IMG/VR virus record: IMGVR_UViG_3300001528_000136
Span: 1 to 58,905 of that record
From: a virus
Lineage: Duplodnaviria; Heunggongvirae; Uroviricota; Caudoviricetes
Length of the DNA: 58,905 bases
Reading direction: 5' to 3' (one strand)
The notes beneath the pieces are model-generated. The model saw nothing but the letters and a program-made list of their open reading frames with translations, searched no databases and was not told the DNA's origin. This document shows positions 16,040 to 29,534 of this stretch, piece by piece (within the stretch, counting starts at the first letter, position 1; each line of letters opens with the position of its first letter). The translations under genes were made by a program, and so were the position numbers.

Positions 16040-18400
16040 ATGGCTAAGAAACAAATACTACCTACAGAGTTATAGTTAATAGTAGATGAAGTTAAAAAGA
16101 GATAGCAAGAAGAGGATTATCAAGAAGTACAAGAACTGATAGATTAGAAAAGACTTGAGAGGTCTAATGATAAATCTTATTGGGATGTTCCTATTGATTA
16201 GGAAATAACTTGTTTTGATCCAACTCTTAGCTATGAACTTACTGGATATAGACCTATTGACGAAACTCATAGTTTAGATTTTAACCCTGATTGGTTTACA
16301 GAAGTAAGAGAAGTATTTAAAAAAACTGGTAAATATTGTTCATATTTACCTAGAAGTAAACGTTGGGATGCTTTTTGGAAAGAATAGTATAGAAGATGTA
16401 AATATGGTATGACTTCACATGGTTATACCATTACAGGTGATAATTACTTCTTTCTTAATTTTTATTAGTTACCAGTAATTGATTAGGATGAAGCCGCAGG
16501 TAGTGGTACTGCTGATAACTTTCCTAACTTTATGGCATCTTAGTACATGTTTTTTCATTATTTATAGATGTGTAGAGTACTAAGATAGAATGCTTGTCTT
16601 ATGAAAGCCCGTTCGATAGGTTTTTCAGAGATTATGGCATCTATTGCTGCTAGAATGTACACAGCTATTAAAAAGAGTAGAACTCTTATTACTTGTTTTA
16701 AAGATGTTTATTTAAAAGGTACATTTAGTAAGGTTGACCATGCTCTCACCTTTTTAAATATGAATGCTGATGGATTCTTTAAACCTAGACTTACTGATAC
16801 TGTCTTAGAAATTAAATCTGGATATAAAGTAAAAAAAGATGGACAGTTTGTTGATGATGGTTGGCAATCTGTAGTTAAAGGAATATTAGCAGATAAACCT
16901 TCTAAGATTCGTGGAGACCGTGTTGATCTTCTTATATATGATGAAGCTGGATCTTGGAATGATTTAACTACAGCAGTTGTACAAGGTAGAGCACTCTGTG
17001 AGGTCTAGGGAATTATTAGAGGTGTTCAAGTGTTTGGTGGGACAGGTGGTGATGTTGGTGCCGCCCTTGAAGGTTTAAAGAAAATATATTATAATCCTAA
17101 AAGTTATAAAGTACTTCCATTTAGACATTCTTGGACACAAGATGGTGCTGTTGCAGAAACAGGTTTCTTCATTCCTTATTTCTTACAATCTCTTAATCCT
17201 AAATATATGGATAATAGAGGTGTATGTAACTAGGCTGAATATAAAAAGGTTCTAACTAAAGAAAGAAATGAACTTCTTTCTATTCCTGATGATTACGTAA
17301 AACACTGTGCAGAGTATTGTTGGAATGCAGAAGAAGCATTTACTCTTGAAGGTTAGAATAAATTTAATAAAACTATTATAGCTAATTAGTTGGCTAATAT
17401 AAGACTTCATAAAATAGGTCCAAAGCCACAAGTGGGACTGTTAGATTATACTTATAAAACTGGTAAACATTCTCTAGACAATATAGATGGTTTTAGATGG
17501 ATTCCTGGAGCTGGTAAAGTTCAAATACTTGAACATCCCGTATGGTCTCCTTTATATCAAGAACAAATTGATAAACAGAAGAAAGAAGCAGAAGAGCAAG
17601 GTATTGAATTTAATCCTTAGACATATCAAGAGATGAATGACTTGTATGTTGCAGGTATTGATGGTATTGATATAGGTGCTAATTAGACTTCTAAAGAAAC
17701 TAGAGATCCATCTGATTTTTGTATAGTTATTAAAAAGAGAGCATTTGGTTTAAATGAACCTTAGTATGTAGCTATGTATAAAGATAGACCAGCTAATATT
17801 AGAGAAGCTTATAAAATAGCTATGTGTATGTGTCGTTACTATAATTGTAAGATAAATATAGAAGCTACACGTATGGGTATGGTCACTTGGGCTAGAGAAA
17901 ATAAATGTCTTTAGTACTTTATGAAGAGACCAAGAGCTACTCTTACTGATATTAAATATGGAACTACTAAATAGTATGGTACCCCTGCTACTAAAGCTAT
18001 AATCGAACAGCAAACGGACCTTATAGCTGACTTTGTTGAAGACTATGGACATACTATATGGTTTGAAGAAATGTTAGAATAGTTAAATAACTATAATGAC
18101 GAAAATAAAACGAAATTTGATATTATTGCCAGTCTAGGTATGGTTGAGCTTGCCGACCAAGAACTTTCAGGAAGATAGCCAACTACAGTAGAAAGAGAAG
18201 TAGAAGACTTTCAAGATATAGGATATTATTTTGATGAAAAAGGCTATAGACATTTTGGAGCTATACCTAGAAAATAGACTCAATCTGTAACTATTAATTA
18301 GGAAAAACAAGATGACCCATACAGAATTGAAACAAGTGATCCGAGATTACTATAGAACACAGTTTTAGGTAGATTTTATAGGAGATATTCAGATTACTAA
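16040..18400 (+). CDS. terL: terminase large subunit (786 aa, TAG=Gln)
   Basis: Walker A-like LMKARSIGFSE, Walker B LLIYDEAG, motif C GGTGG and nuclease motif YVAGIDGID. Track fragments 16601, 17030 and 17390 share one frame. Confidence 0.93.
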
Positions 18401-18614
18401 TTTAGACCCAGTAGGATATAAAGTTGCTTTAAATTTAAATCATGCTGAGAATCCAGTAGTCTATATAGCAGATTTACCAGATGAAGAATTTGTACCATAT
18501 ATAAAGGAGGAACTAAGAAGAAGTAAATTACATGAAGTAAAATTCTTTAAAGCTATAAAAATACAACCTCCTAAACCAACTTTATGTTATGACAGAGAAC
18601 GAATTAATAGATAA
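18312..18614 (+). CDS. hypothetical protein (100 aa, TAG=Gln)
   Basis: MTHTELKQVIRDYYRTQF(Q)VDFIGDI...; lies between terL and the portal gene. Confidence 0.65.
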
Positions 18615-20760
18615 AACTAATGAAATAATCTCTGAATTAGTAGTTAATAAAACTAAATTATAGAAAGCATTTAACTATTATAATGGTAAAAGAGATAAAG
18701 AATAGTTTAGATATTTAGAAGAAAATTGTGGTATAGGTAGTCCGACTTCTGTAAACTTTACTCCTTTATTAAAGAAGCATGTAGATGCTTTAGTAGGAGA
18801 ATTTTTAGGAACACCTATACTTCCAAAAGTATCTTGTAAAGATAGTAGAACTATATCTAATATAGGTAGGGAAAAACAGATTGAGCTTACTGCTAAAGTA
18901 ACTACCTTTTTAAAGACACATTTAAATAATTCCTTATTAAGACTTATAGGAGGTAAAGATATTGTAGATAAGTCTATTAAATAGTAGTTAGATAAAGTTA
19001 TAGACGAACTTGATTAGTCCTTTACTTCTTAGTATGAAATAGCTGCTCAGAATATACTTTAGTATATAATGCAATCTACTGAGACAGATTTTATAACCAA
19101 ACTTAGGCAACTATTTATAGACTTATTAGTCACGGGATATTGTTATTTTAGAATTAAACCTTCTTTAAGTAAAACTAATATAGAAATAGAAGTACTTAAT
19201 CCTTTAAATACCTTTGTTGATAAGAATCCAGAATCTCCTTATGTTAAAAATTCTAATAGAAGTGTAGTTAGACAATGGCTTACCAAAAGTTAGATAATAG
19301 CTAAATATGGTAAGGAATTATCTAAAGAAGATATTTAGAAAATGAAGGAAGATTGGACAGATGATAGTATAGCTAGATATAGAAGAGCTTATGGTCCAGT
19401 TGTTTCTATTGATGAAGATAGAGAAGATGATGAGGATATTGATTTATTGCCAGGTTATCCCGATGATGATTCACATAAGTATAATTATATTCCTGTTTAT
19501 GATGTGGAATGGATAGAAACTGATTCTAACTATGTAATGCAGCGGTATAATTGTATTAGAATAGGTGAAGAGTTCTATATACTAAGAGGGTAGGATAATA
19601 ATGTTATAAGATGCTAGGATAATCCTAATTATTGTACTCTTACTGTAAATGGTGTTTATTTTCTTAATAGAGCACGCCAGCCTTATAGTCTCATACTAAA
19701 GTGTGCCCACCTTCAGGACTAGTATGATGTACTCAATTACTATAGAGATGCTATCCTTGCAAATAGTGGTGTGAAAGGAAGTATTATTGACATTTCTATG
19801 ATACCTACATTCTTAGGATCTGAATATGCAGCCAGAATACAAAAATGGATTGCATATAAGAAGCAAGGAACTATGCTTATAGATACTGCATAGGAAGGTA
19901 GAAATGAAAATGGTAATGCCCCTTTAAATACTATATTTAATGGATATGATGAATCTCTACCTGCACAAGTAATACAGGCTATTGATTTAACTATTTAGTC
20001 TATTGAAAATACAGTATCTTCTATTACTGGAGTATTTAGGGAAAGACTTAATGGTATTGAACAACACGATGCAGTAACTAATATTAAATAGGGAGTAACT
20101 AATTCCTTTACTATAACTAAGCCTATTTTTCAACAGATGGATTTAGTAGTTAATTAGTTATTAACAGATTGTCTTAATGAAGCTAAGATAGTATTTAAAA
20201 AGGGGATTACAGGAACTCTTATATTAGGTGAAAAGTATCAAAAGATATTTACAGCACTTCCTGAACACTATACTTTAACAGACTATGATATTCACATCAT
20301 ATCTAGTACTGATATTATGCAGGATATGTAGACTATTAAATCTACACTTCCTGATTTAATTAAGTCTGGTTTAGTTAGTGCTGATATTATATTTGAAGCC
20401 CTCACTGCTAAGAGCCTCACTGACCTTAAATACAAAGTTCAAAAAGCTATCTAGAAATAGAAAGAAGAAAATAATTAGATACAATAGTTATAGTCTAAAC
20501 TAGAAGAAACTAGTTAGTAGTTACAATAGGCTCAATAGGAATTACAAAAAGCTCAATAGAAGATTCAATAGCTAAATGAGCAAAAGATGCAATTAGATTA
20601 GTCTAAGATATAGCTAGAATATCAAGTTAATTGGTTTAAAGCTCAAACCGATAGAACTTATAGAACTAGACAATTAGATATAGAGGATGAAAGAACTAAG
20701 ATTGAGTTAGCTTAGTTAAATGATGGCAATCCTTATAATGATAAAATTAGACAGGTATAA
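18589..20760 (+). CDS. portal protein (723 aa, TAG=Gln)
   Basis: Size, position after terL, AFNYYNG, PLLKKHVDALVGE, ITGVFRERLNG and a C-terminal Gln-rich coiled coil. Confidence 0.8.
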
Positions 20761-21620
20761 TGGCAACACAATTATATGATTCAGGTAATCAAGCTATTTA
20801 TCCTAAAACAACAGCAGATGCAGTATCAGTAAATACCGAGAAATCTGAAATAAATAATGTACAATTAGCTATTTCAGATATTTATTAGACAATGGCAGGA
20901 TTAAATGGTGATTCTGCTGCTGTAACTCATTTACAATTTGAAGTGTCTTATTTAGTATCTAATATTTCAGACCCTGAATAGATTAAAAATGAAGAATAGT
21001 GGAGTAGAACTTTCCAGTTACCAACTACAAATAAACCTTATGCTTGGAAACGCACTACTATTGGATACACAGGAATAGCCGAAGCTGATAAAAAGATTGT
21101 ATATGAGATAGTAACAGCAGATATTGCTGAAATTAACTAGTCATTATATATAGCAGTTAATAGTGACACTGAACCTAAAATTTATTATCCAAAAGCTTAC
21201 AATCAAGACAATTCTGAGTATGATGATACTTAGGCTTCTATAAATAATATTATTGCTGAAACTAAAAAACAAACAGGTAATACATGGAGTGATTCTCCAG
21301 TTAGTATTAGTTAGTCAGCACCATATGGTTTTGTAGCCACTAGGGTCAGGAAAGAAGGTATTTGGGGTTAGTTTGTAATAGGTCTTAATTCTAAATGGTC
21401 TTATGATAGTAGATTAATAGTTAGATATACTTATACAACATCGAATTCTTCCCCTTCTATAGATAGAACTAAAGATAATCCTGGAGATATTTGGAAAGAA
21501 CAAGTTACTGGCACTGGTTATCTATGGATGATTACTGCTACTAGAGTAAGTACTAATTATGCTAAGGATGATTCAAGTAATATTTGGAGTGAACCACAAT
21601 TAATATCAGTAATTTAGTAA
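20760..21620 (+). CDS. putative tail/structural protein (286 aa, TAG=Gln)
   Basis: IYPKTTADAV N-terminus; repeated WSxxP...Y(A/L)W motifs as in phage tail proteins. Confidence 0.65.
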
Positions 21621-22396
21621 TGGAATTTAATATTGATATTTGTAATACTATTTAGGGAGGTATAACTATATTAGATTTATCTAAAGAATATAATTAGTAT
21701 CTCCCTGAAAATAGTATTGATTCTAGTGTTTATGAAGATACTTTACTATTTAAATATAGTGATACAGTTACTGTTAATTCTTTATTACAAGTAACTACTG
21801 AGAGTATTAAATATGTAGATGCCTTAATACATGAACACATTAAATTAGACAATGGTATTTTCAAAGATGATTCGTGTACTTTCAATATCTTAGAAGATGG
21901 TTATTATACGATTGACCATTTTATATTTCCAAATATTAATTGGTATAATTGGTATAAAACGAAAGCTTCTGAGGAATATAAATAGAAAGTAAACAGAATA
22001 TATATAGTAGATGGAGGAGTCATTAAAAAAGAAATAGATGGAGAATTAGTAGAAACTACTTTAAAAGAAGTACTTGAAATGAATCTTGAGGGTACTCCTA
22101 TTTAGAAAGAAAAAATAGATACTTTCTATACAGGTAATCTTTAGTAGTGTTATATTAATTATTGCAAAAGAATATTTGACCATTTACTTAATAAGTGTAG
22201 AGTATCTACATATAACGATGATTTATATGCAAGAGACTTTATCTGGATGACCCTTAACATTATAGATTATTTAATAGAATTTGGATAGTTCATGGATGCT
22301 TAGAGAATCATTGAAGAGTTTAATACTTGTGGAGGATTCTGTACTGGAAATCCTGAACATATAAAATCTCATGGTTGTGGATGTTCTAAAGCATAA
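21620..22396 (+). CDS. putative structural protein with C-terminal CGC (258 aa, TAG=Gln)
   Basis: TAATG coupling; open with read-through; ends HGCGCSKA. Confidence 0.7.
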
Positions 22397-22601
22397 AGCA
22401 ATAAGACTATATAGGGACTTATTAAAACGTGCTTAGTATGGTTATAGAGATGACTATACAGATTTAATGAATATAATATGTTTTATAAGTCTTCCAGAGA
22501 GGTTAGATAATAATGAGTTTATTAAACAAAGACTTTTAAATTAGAATGATACACTCTATTTACAATTAGGTAGGGAAGGTCAATTTAGCACCATGTTCTA
22601 A
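22371..22601 (+). CDS. hypothetical protein (76 aa, TAG=Gln)
   Basis: MVVDVLKHKAIRLYRDLLKRA(Q)YGY... Confidence 0.55.
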
Positions 22602-23865
22602 AGACCGTCCTATTATAAATGTACCTTTATTTAAAATTAACTATTTAAATGAGTTCTAGACTTAGTTAGAGAAAGAATAGGCGAGACAGAATTTGGGTAT
22701 AAAAATAACAGGAGATTATATCTATCCAAATAAAGAAAATCCAGCAGATAACATTAATGATATTGCTAATGTTAATGATGCTTTAGACTTTTTAATTACT
22801 ATAGCTAAATCTTATCAAGATAAAGATATAGAACATTAGGTTGAGCAAGTGGTTAAAGATGTTAAGACAATTAACGACATAATTAACGATGAAACTTCTG
22901 GCATTGAAGCTATTAATGAGTATATCAAGATTATTAATGAATCTATTACTACTATTAATGATACCCTAGCTAATTTAAATGTTGATTCTCAAGTTAGATA
23001 GTGGATTATTGACCATACTGGTTCTGTAGGGTTAAATGATAAAGACAAACTAGGATTTGCTATATCCAAAGATGAAGGTAATGCTATAGATGAAAGAGAA
23101 GATGGGCTCTATGTAGAGAGTTCTGATGCAGCTGTTTATAAGACAGATTTAGCAGATTCCACTACTTCTAAGTATTAGGTAGGAGGTATTCCAGCAGGAA
23201 CTACAGTAGAACAACTTAAAGGTAAAGCATTCTCTTCTATAATTAATGACATGCTATTTCCTTCTTATACTAGAGACCTTATTCAACCTAAACTTATTTC
23301 TTTATTAACTAATTAGTTAGTAGAAATGAATACCGTAGTTCTCTAGTTAAATCCTCAATTTATTTAGGGAGATGCTGGTAATTTAATTAATCTTACTTAG
23401 TCTATTACTTATAATGGTGAAGAATTTACAGATTCTATTTATAATTAGTTAGGACAATATAATTACAAAGCAGAAGCATCTTATGAAGCTGGAGAATATC
23501 TAACTAATGATAGAGGAGAAGTAACTAAATAGAGAATAGAAGCAGGAATTATAGGATTATTAGTTAATATTACAGCCACTTATCCTTGGTATTATGATAA
23601 TACTAAAGGTAAATTAGTAGAGTATGGAACTCAATCTCCTGTATTAGATATTACTCTAACTGGTAAGGCAACTATTAAATTACCTGGTATAAATTCTACT
23701 ATTGATTCATTTAAAGTTGATGGAGGACTTGGATATTTAGATGTAAATATGGATGGATGGGATAAATCTACAGAAGAGATTAATGGATATACTTATTCAG
23801 TATGGACTAAATAGGATGAGTATGTATCTAGTTTACCACATAAAATACAATTTACATTAAAATGA
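22546..23865 (+). CDS. putative fibre/structural protein (439 aa, TAG=Gln)
   Basis: NYLNEF..EKE.ARQNLGI motif, a coiled coil, ISKDEGNAI..REDGLYV and VGGIPAGT. Confidence 0.7.
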
Positions 23866-24929
23866 AATATACAGGTGATTCTCTATTAGGAGTTTCTTTT
23901 GAAGTATAGACTCCTAAACCATTAGATAATAGATTAGTAGTAAATATTAAATCAGACTTATATAGCATATAGCCCAATACTGCTTATGAAGGAATGTTAG
24001 TAACCTGTATAGCAGATGGCTTTACATATATGTTAAAAGATAAGTCAAATATAAGTAATCAAGATGGATGGCAATCTGTAGCTATTTAGATAAAGAGCTG
24101 TACTAAATAGGAATTTGATACTTGGAAAGAAAATACTAATGATGATTATTCTCCTAAAGATGATAAACTACCTTATTTAATTAAAGATGTATATTATTAT
24201 ATCTATGAGGATAGTATATCTGAGACAGGAGAGTTTTATGTAACTCAGGATTAGTTTAACTAGCTAAATACTTTATTAGGTTTAAAAGCAGATGTTTCAG
24301 CCCTTAATACATTTAAATAGGAAGTAAATAACTAGTTTACAAATTTAACTACTTAGTATGTACCTCTCTCATTTTTAGCAGGAACAGGTGAAGGTACACT
24401 TTCGGCAATACTAAATAGTTATTATACTAAAATAGAAGCCGATAATAAGTTTTTAACTAAAGATGATTTTGGTGGAGATACTGATTTATCATTTGTTAAA
24501 ACTAGTTAGTATGATACTGATATAAAATCTATTAATACAGAATTAATTAAGAAGATTGAAACTAATTCCGATGCTTCTTTAAATAGTCTTAAAACTGTAA
24601 AAATTAATTTAAATGGTTAGGAAGTAACTGTTCAACCTGAAGGTCTTTATCTAGGTAGTAAAAGGTTAGCCAAAGTTGAAGAAGTTCCCGATTGGATTTG
24701 TATACCACATGATGAGTATCTCTAGATGGTTGCCAATGGTAAATTAGAAGAAGGTAAATATTATTTAACTTATGGTGATGATATTGATGATTCTGGTTAT
24801 ATAACTATGACTAATCTAGAAGAAAAGTATTTATCTGTAAGAGACGGTAAACAGTTCTTAATTGATTAGATTAATAATAAAATATCTAGTTATGTAAAAG
24901 TAGAAGATGGAGTCTTAGTTATCTCTTAA
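23862..24929 (+). CDS. putative fibre/structural protein (355 aa, TAG=Gln)
   Basis: ATGA coupling; PKPLDNRLVV...AYEGMLV motif; YYTKIEADNKF repeat. Confidence 0.7.
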
Positions 24930-25293
24930 CAAGACATCTTACAAACTAGCTATAATCGCATTAAAATATGTTCCATTTATTACTGCTAGTATAATGTATA
25001 TTCATGTTATTTTAGTGCTCTTTGCTAAACCTTTATTTATAGCTGAAATGTTTGCAGGATGTTCTATATTACCTGCTGTAATAATGTATTTAATAGCACA
25101 TGTATTAAGGTTTTGCTGGATACATAAAAGCTTAATAGTTTATACAGCATTAATAGATGGATGTATTACTTATAATAGATATTTTGAATTTAATAGTATG
25201 GAAATACATGCATGGGGAGCTTTTGTAGTTGGAACCTTTCTAGTATTCTATACCATAATATTTAAATTTTTATGGAAGAAATTGCTTGGGTAA
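24907..25293 (+). CDS. membrane protein (128 aa with TAG=Gln)
   Basis: Track ORF 24994..25293 extends to ATG 24907 through one TAG; several TM helices. Confidence 0.65.
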
Positions 25294-26618
25294 GTGGAAG
25301 ATATAGACCCCTAGTTAAGGGAGCTTTTCTAAATACCCTACGAGAATTAAAAACATTAATAAAGGAAATATCAAGAATTAATGTCTATGTATCTGAAGAT
25401 ACTATCAGAGTTATTGATAGATATGGTAAGGAGTCAATAATAGACATAGCTATGTAGTCAGAAGTAGTTAATTTAACTGTTACCTCTGATGAACCATCAG
25501 TTAAAGTCTCTGGGCTTAAATTAAGTGTCTATATTAATGGCGGAAAAACTCCTATATATTATACGACTGATAGTGATGGTAAAGTAATATTTTTAGTACC
25601 TAGAGGTAGTTATTATTAGATAGAATTTCCAGAATATGCTAAAGCTTAGCCTATAACTCCAATTGGTTATACTGCAATATTAAGTAGCAGAGATATAGAT
25701 GTTAAATATTTACCTTATGATGAAGCTACTAGTGAAAAGGTAATAGTTAAGGTTAATAAGGTAAAAGATGGCACTAAAACAGCATGGGAAGATAAAGAAG
25801 TAAAGGTAACTGTTGATAAAAAGACCACTTCTTATAAAACAAACGAATCTGGAGAATATATAATTTGGATTCCTCTGGGGAAAGAATATACTATATAGGT
25901 AGATAATTCAGATGGATACTATGTAGATTTTAGTAGAAATAAGAGAACATTTACTGCAAAAGTTGTATAGAGACAGGTGGTATATAATGCAGGAATTTAT
26001 CTTACAGGAATATTTCTTTTAAATAATTAGGGAGAACAATACAATATAGAGGATTGGAAGAAATTAGGATATACTGGTGATGATGTAATAGGTATTAGAA
26101 TAAGTACAAACATATTAATGGCTAATAATTCAACTTATGTAATACCTATGAAAGTATTATTGGAACATAAGTCAGTAAATTATCAATGGTGTAATTAGAA
26201 TGTATTATTTGAATCTATATCTAGTAATGGTAATAATACTTCTGACCCTTATTATTATAATGGAGAAGGTGCTAATGAATTAATAAGAGACGAAGCACAA
26301 TAGAGAGCTTTACTAGTACCTGCATTCACTTATGCTTATAGTTAGATATTTGAAATTAATGGGGAGTAGTATCATGGTTATATTGGTTCTATAGCTCAAT
26401 GGTCGGCTTGTATAAATAATATGGTTTATATAAGAGATAATATTATAACTGAACTATGGGATGCTAATACTGCTTCTACTATCTATAATTGGATTTGTAA
26501 TAGTTGGAAGTGGACTAGTTGCTAGAATAATACCGCCTACGCTTGGGGCTACGGCACTGGCACGGGCAACTACGGCAAGGGCTACGGCTACCTAGTAGTT
26601 CCGTTTTGCGCTTCTTAA
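25272..26618 (+). CDS. DGR target protein 1: putative receptor-binding protein with beta-sandwich domains and a C-terminal CLec-like domain (448 aa, TAG=Gln)
   Basis: The C-terminus WKWTSC(Q)NNTAYAWGYGTGTGNYGKGYGYLVVPFCAS* is encoded by VR1; paralog of 29740..31236. Confidence 0.88.
26532..26612 (+). repeat. DGR variable repeat VR1
   Basis: 81-nt ungapped match to the TR with 20 mismatches, all at TR adenines (15 G, 3 T, 2 C). Confidence 0.95.
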
Positions 26619-26624
26619 TCTCAT

Positions 26625-26672
26625 TCAGCCCTTTCCCTCTTTCCAAGTCCGCAAGACTGTGGAAAGGGCTGA
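26625..26672 (+). other. hairpin/cruciform downstream of VR1 (putative homing recognition element)
   Basis: TCAGCCCTTTCC...GGAAAGGGCTGA with an inner AGTC-CGCAA-GACT hairpin. Confidence 0.65.
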
Positions 26673-26763
26673 TATTTTTATTAATTTATAGTAATTCTAT
26701 ATTAACTTTTGTTTTAGATTATTAATTATTTTAGATTAAACTTTTAACTTAGACAATCCCATA

Positions 26764-27162
26764 ATGGCACTAACTAAAGACCTCTAGATTTATAAAGATA
26801 ATTATGATTTATGTAAATTATTTTTATAGTATAATAAGTAGGTAAGTAAACTTCTCAGATATGGTCAATATCAAATTATGATTGATAAATCATTTAACTG
26901 TTTAGATTTATTAAGAAGAATAAATAGTGATTTTAAAACTAGAGAGTATTACTTAGAGTAGTATTTGTTGTTACTAGACGATATTTATAATCGTGTTAGT
27001 TTGTTCGTGGAGACTGGTTATATAGAGGTAAAGAAAGGTACTAATATGATTCATTTAGTATCTGGATTATAGAAGTAGGCTACGGGTTGGAAAAGTTTTT
27101 CACGCAAACGCCAGAATTGTAGAGGCAACGCCAATACAAGTGAGCAGTCATTATCTAAATGA
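26764..27162 (+). CDS. avd: DGR accessory variability determinant (Avd-like four-helix bundle, 132 aa, TAG=Gln)
   Basis: L(Q)IYKDNYDL...RYG...K(Q)ATGW pattern; directly upstream of the TR and RT; six in-frame TAG. Confidence 0.8.
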
Positions 27163-27236
27163 CAAGGGATACTTTCACTAAATCTTATCCTGAAATAAGA
27201 CGTGAACAAATCTCATCAAAGATTAAAGTGTCAGAA

Positions 27237-27317
27237 ACCGCCAACGCTTGGAACTACAACACTAACACGAACAACAACAACAAGAACAACAACTAACTAG
27301 TAGTTCCGTTTTACGAT
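27237..27317 (+). repeat. DGR template repeat (TR)
   Basis: ACC GCC AAC GCT TGG AAC TAC AAC ACT AAC ACG (AAC)4 AAG (AAC)3 TAA CTA GTA GTT CCG TTT TAC GAT: 11 AAC codons and 34 adenines, between avd and RT. Confidence 0.95.
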
Positions 27318-27326
27318 TGTCAATTA

Positions 27327-28454
27327 ATGACTTTAAAAATGCGTGAATGGATAATGATAGAATAGGTTTATCAAGCTTATGATGATTGTTGCAAACGTAA
27401 GAAATCTACTTACGGATATGTAAAATATCATTAGAACTATATAATGAATAATTTATAGTTATACAAAGATTTAAATAGTATGTAGTATAAAATAGGTATG
27501 AATAGAACATTCTGTGTTACTAGACCTAAATTAAGAGAAGTATTTTGTGCTACTTTCAGAGACCGTATAGTACATCATTTATTAGCCAATAAATTTATTG
27601 ACATAATAGAGTCCGAACTTACTGATTCAGCTTTTGCTTGTCGTAAGGGTAAAGGAACACATTATGGTATTAAATATATAGAAACTGCTATTAAAAGAGT
27701 AAGTGATAATTATACTAAAGAAGCTTGGATATTAAAATGTGATTTATAGGGATTCTTTATGAGTATAGACAGAAACTTATTATTTAATATTATAAATGAT
27801 GTAATTAGAAAGAAATATCATGGTGGAGATATTGAAAACTGGTTATGGCTCTGGAAAACTATAATTATGAATGCTCCTGAAAAAAATTGTAAAAGGGTAG
27901 GTAATTTAGACTTATGGAAAAATTTACCAGCAAATAAATCTCTATTTACCAGTAATGGCAAAGGATTACCTATAGGCAATTTGTCTAGTTAGATATTAGC
28001 TAATTTACTATTATCTAGATTAGATAATTTTATATTAAGTAAAATAGGTAATGGAGGTTATGGTAGATATGTAGATGACTTTATTCTAATACATAATAAT
28101 AAAGAATATCTTAAATAGTTAATTCCTTAGATTAAATCTTTCTTAAAAGATAAACTAGGACTTACTTTACATCCTAAAAAGATATATTTATAGAATGTAT
28201 AGAAAGGAGTATCATTTATAGGAGCTTATATTAAGCCTAATAGAATATATGTGAATCACAGAATTATAAATAATTGTAAAGAAACATTTAAAGAATATGA
28301 GAATGCTGACCATTTTGTTTAGTAGATAAATAGTTATTTTGGTATGTTAAAACACTATAATACTAAAAAGATGCGATGGGAACTCTGGAAAGAAATGCCT
28401 AAGAAAGGTATATACTGTGTTAATCTAAATAAAATAAAGAAATTAAATGATTAA
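27327..28454 (+). CDS. DGR reverse transcriptase (375 aa, TAG=Gln)
   Basis: Motifs PKLREVF..FRDRIVHH, FACRKGKG, LKCDL(Q)GFF, GLPIGNLSS(Q), RYVDDF and LHPKK; about 12 in-frame TAG. Confidence 0.95.
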
Positions 28455-29022
28455 TTTTTGTTATACAAATATTCCTATAAATTTATATAAAGAGAAAGTA
28501 GATATGGGATTTACTTCTGTATTACACTTCGACCCTATTAAATAGGAAGGTGATACCTATTTATGTGTTGAGTGTACCATACCTAATGATCTTTTAGATT
28601 AGGCAGAGACTCTTTATAATGAATGGAAAACTAAATAGGAATAGTTAAAACTTAACTATGTTAAGAATGAAAAAATAAAAGAGATTGAAGAATATGATAC
28701 TAGCACTAAGGTTAATGGTTTTTAGTTAAATGGAGTTACTGTATGGCTAGATAAAGCCACTAGAGTAGGTCTTATGAATAGTACTACCATAGCTAAAAAT
28801 ATGGGTAATGAGAATACAACTCTTTGGTTAGGTGATATTAGAATAGAAGTTAATTGTGATAAAGCTATTCAACTTCTATCAGCCCTAGAAATGTATGCTC
28901 TTCAATGTTTTAATGTGACAGCTGCACATAAAAAGACCATAAGCGAATTAACTAATATCAAAGAAGTAGAAGATTTTGATATAACAGTAGATTATCCAGA
29001 TTAGTTAGTAATGTCAATCTAA
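28447..29022 (+). CDS. DUF4376-like putative fibre-associated protein, paralog 1 (191 aa, TAG=Gln)
   Basis: YDTS..VNGF...WLDKATRVGLMNS...LEMYALQCFNVTAAHK...YP. Confidence 0.75.
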
Positions 29023-29534
29023 TGCTTTGGTTAGGAATAATTTCAGCTATAGTATTAATATCTTATCTATGTATAACTATATATAAGTTTGGATTACCAA
29101 ATATGATTAGTGATACATATTATTAGTTAAAAGAAAAAGGATGGATATTTTCTAGTGTAATGCTATTTATAGCATTATCTATGTTAATAGCTATACTAGA
29201 TACTAACTAGGGAATACAATGTCTGGCTTTTTTAGGATGCGCGGGACTTGCATTTGTAGGATGTGCTCCTAATTATATAGTCGATTATAGAATACATAAG
29301 ACAGCAGCTATAATAGCTAGTATAGGATGTGTAGGATGGAGTTGTTCTATTAATTATTGTATAACTTTGATTATATCTATAATATATTTAATGTATTTAT
29401 TATCAATTAGGGAACCTCTCAAAGTTAAGGAACAGTATAAACACTTAATTTCTAAATCTCATCCTTGGTATTTTTTAGAATTAGCTGGATTTTTAGACAC
29501 TTATATAACATATTTTTCAATATGCTACATTTAA
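29022..29534 (+). CDS. multi-pass membrane protein (170 aa, TAG=Gln)
   Basis: GLPNMISDTYY(Q)L, FVGCAPNY and IHKTAA; several TM helices. Confidence 0.7.

Larger units (their letters stand above)
26764..28454 (+). mobile_element. diversity-generating retroelement core (avd-TR-RT) with two targets
   Basis: Canonical order target/VR-avd-TR-RT, plus a second VR about 3.9 kb downstream of the TR. Confidence 0.95.

Noticed and set aside
16040-18400. Intein or intron in terL
   Set aside because: The frame is continuous, and no group I core or intein terminal motifs were seen.
26543-26725. 60-aa plus-strand ORF (also 34116..34298)
   Set aside because: Alternative-frame overlaps of VR1 with its hairpin, and of the giant protein.
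27327-28454. Group II intron or retron RT
   Set aside because: The SQ-type motif, lack of a maturase or endonuclease domain, adjacent avd and TR/VR pairs identify it as a DGR RT.
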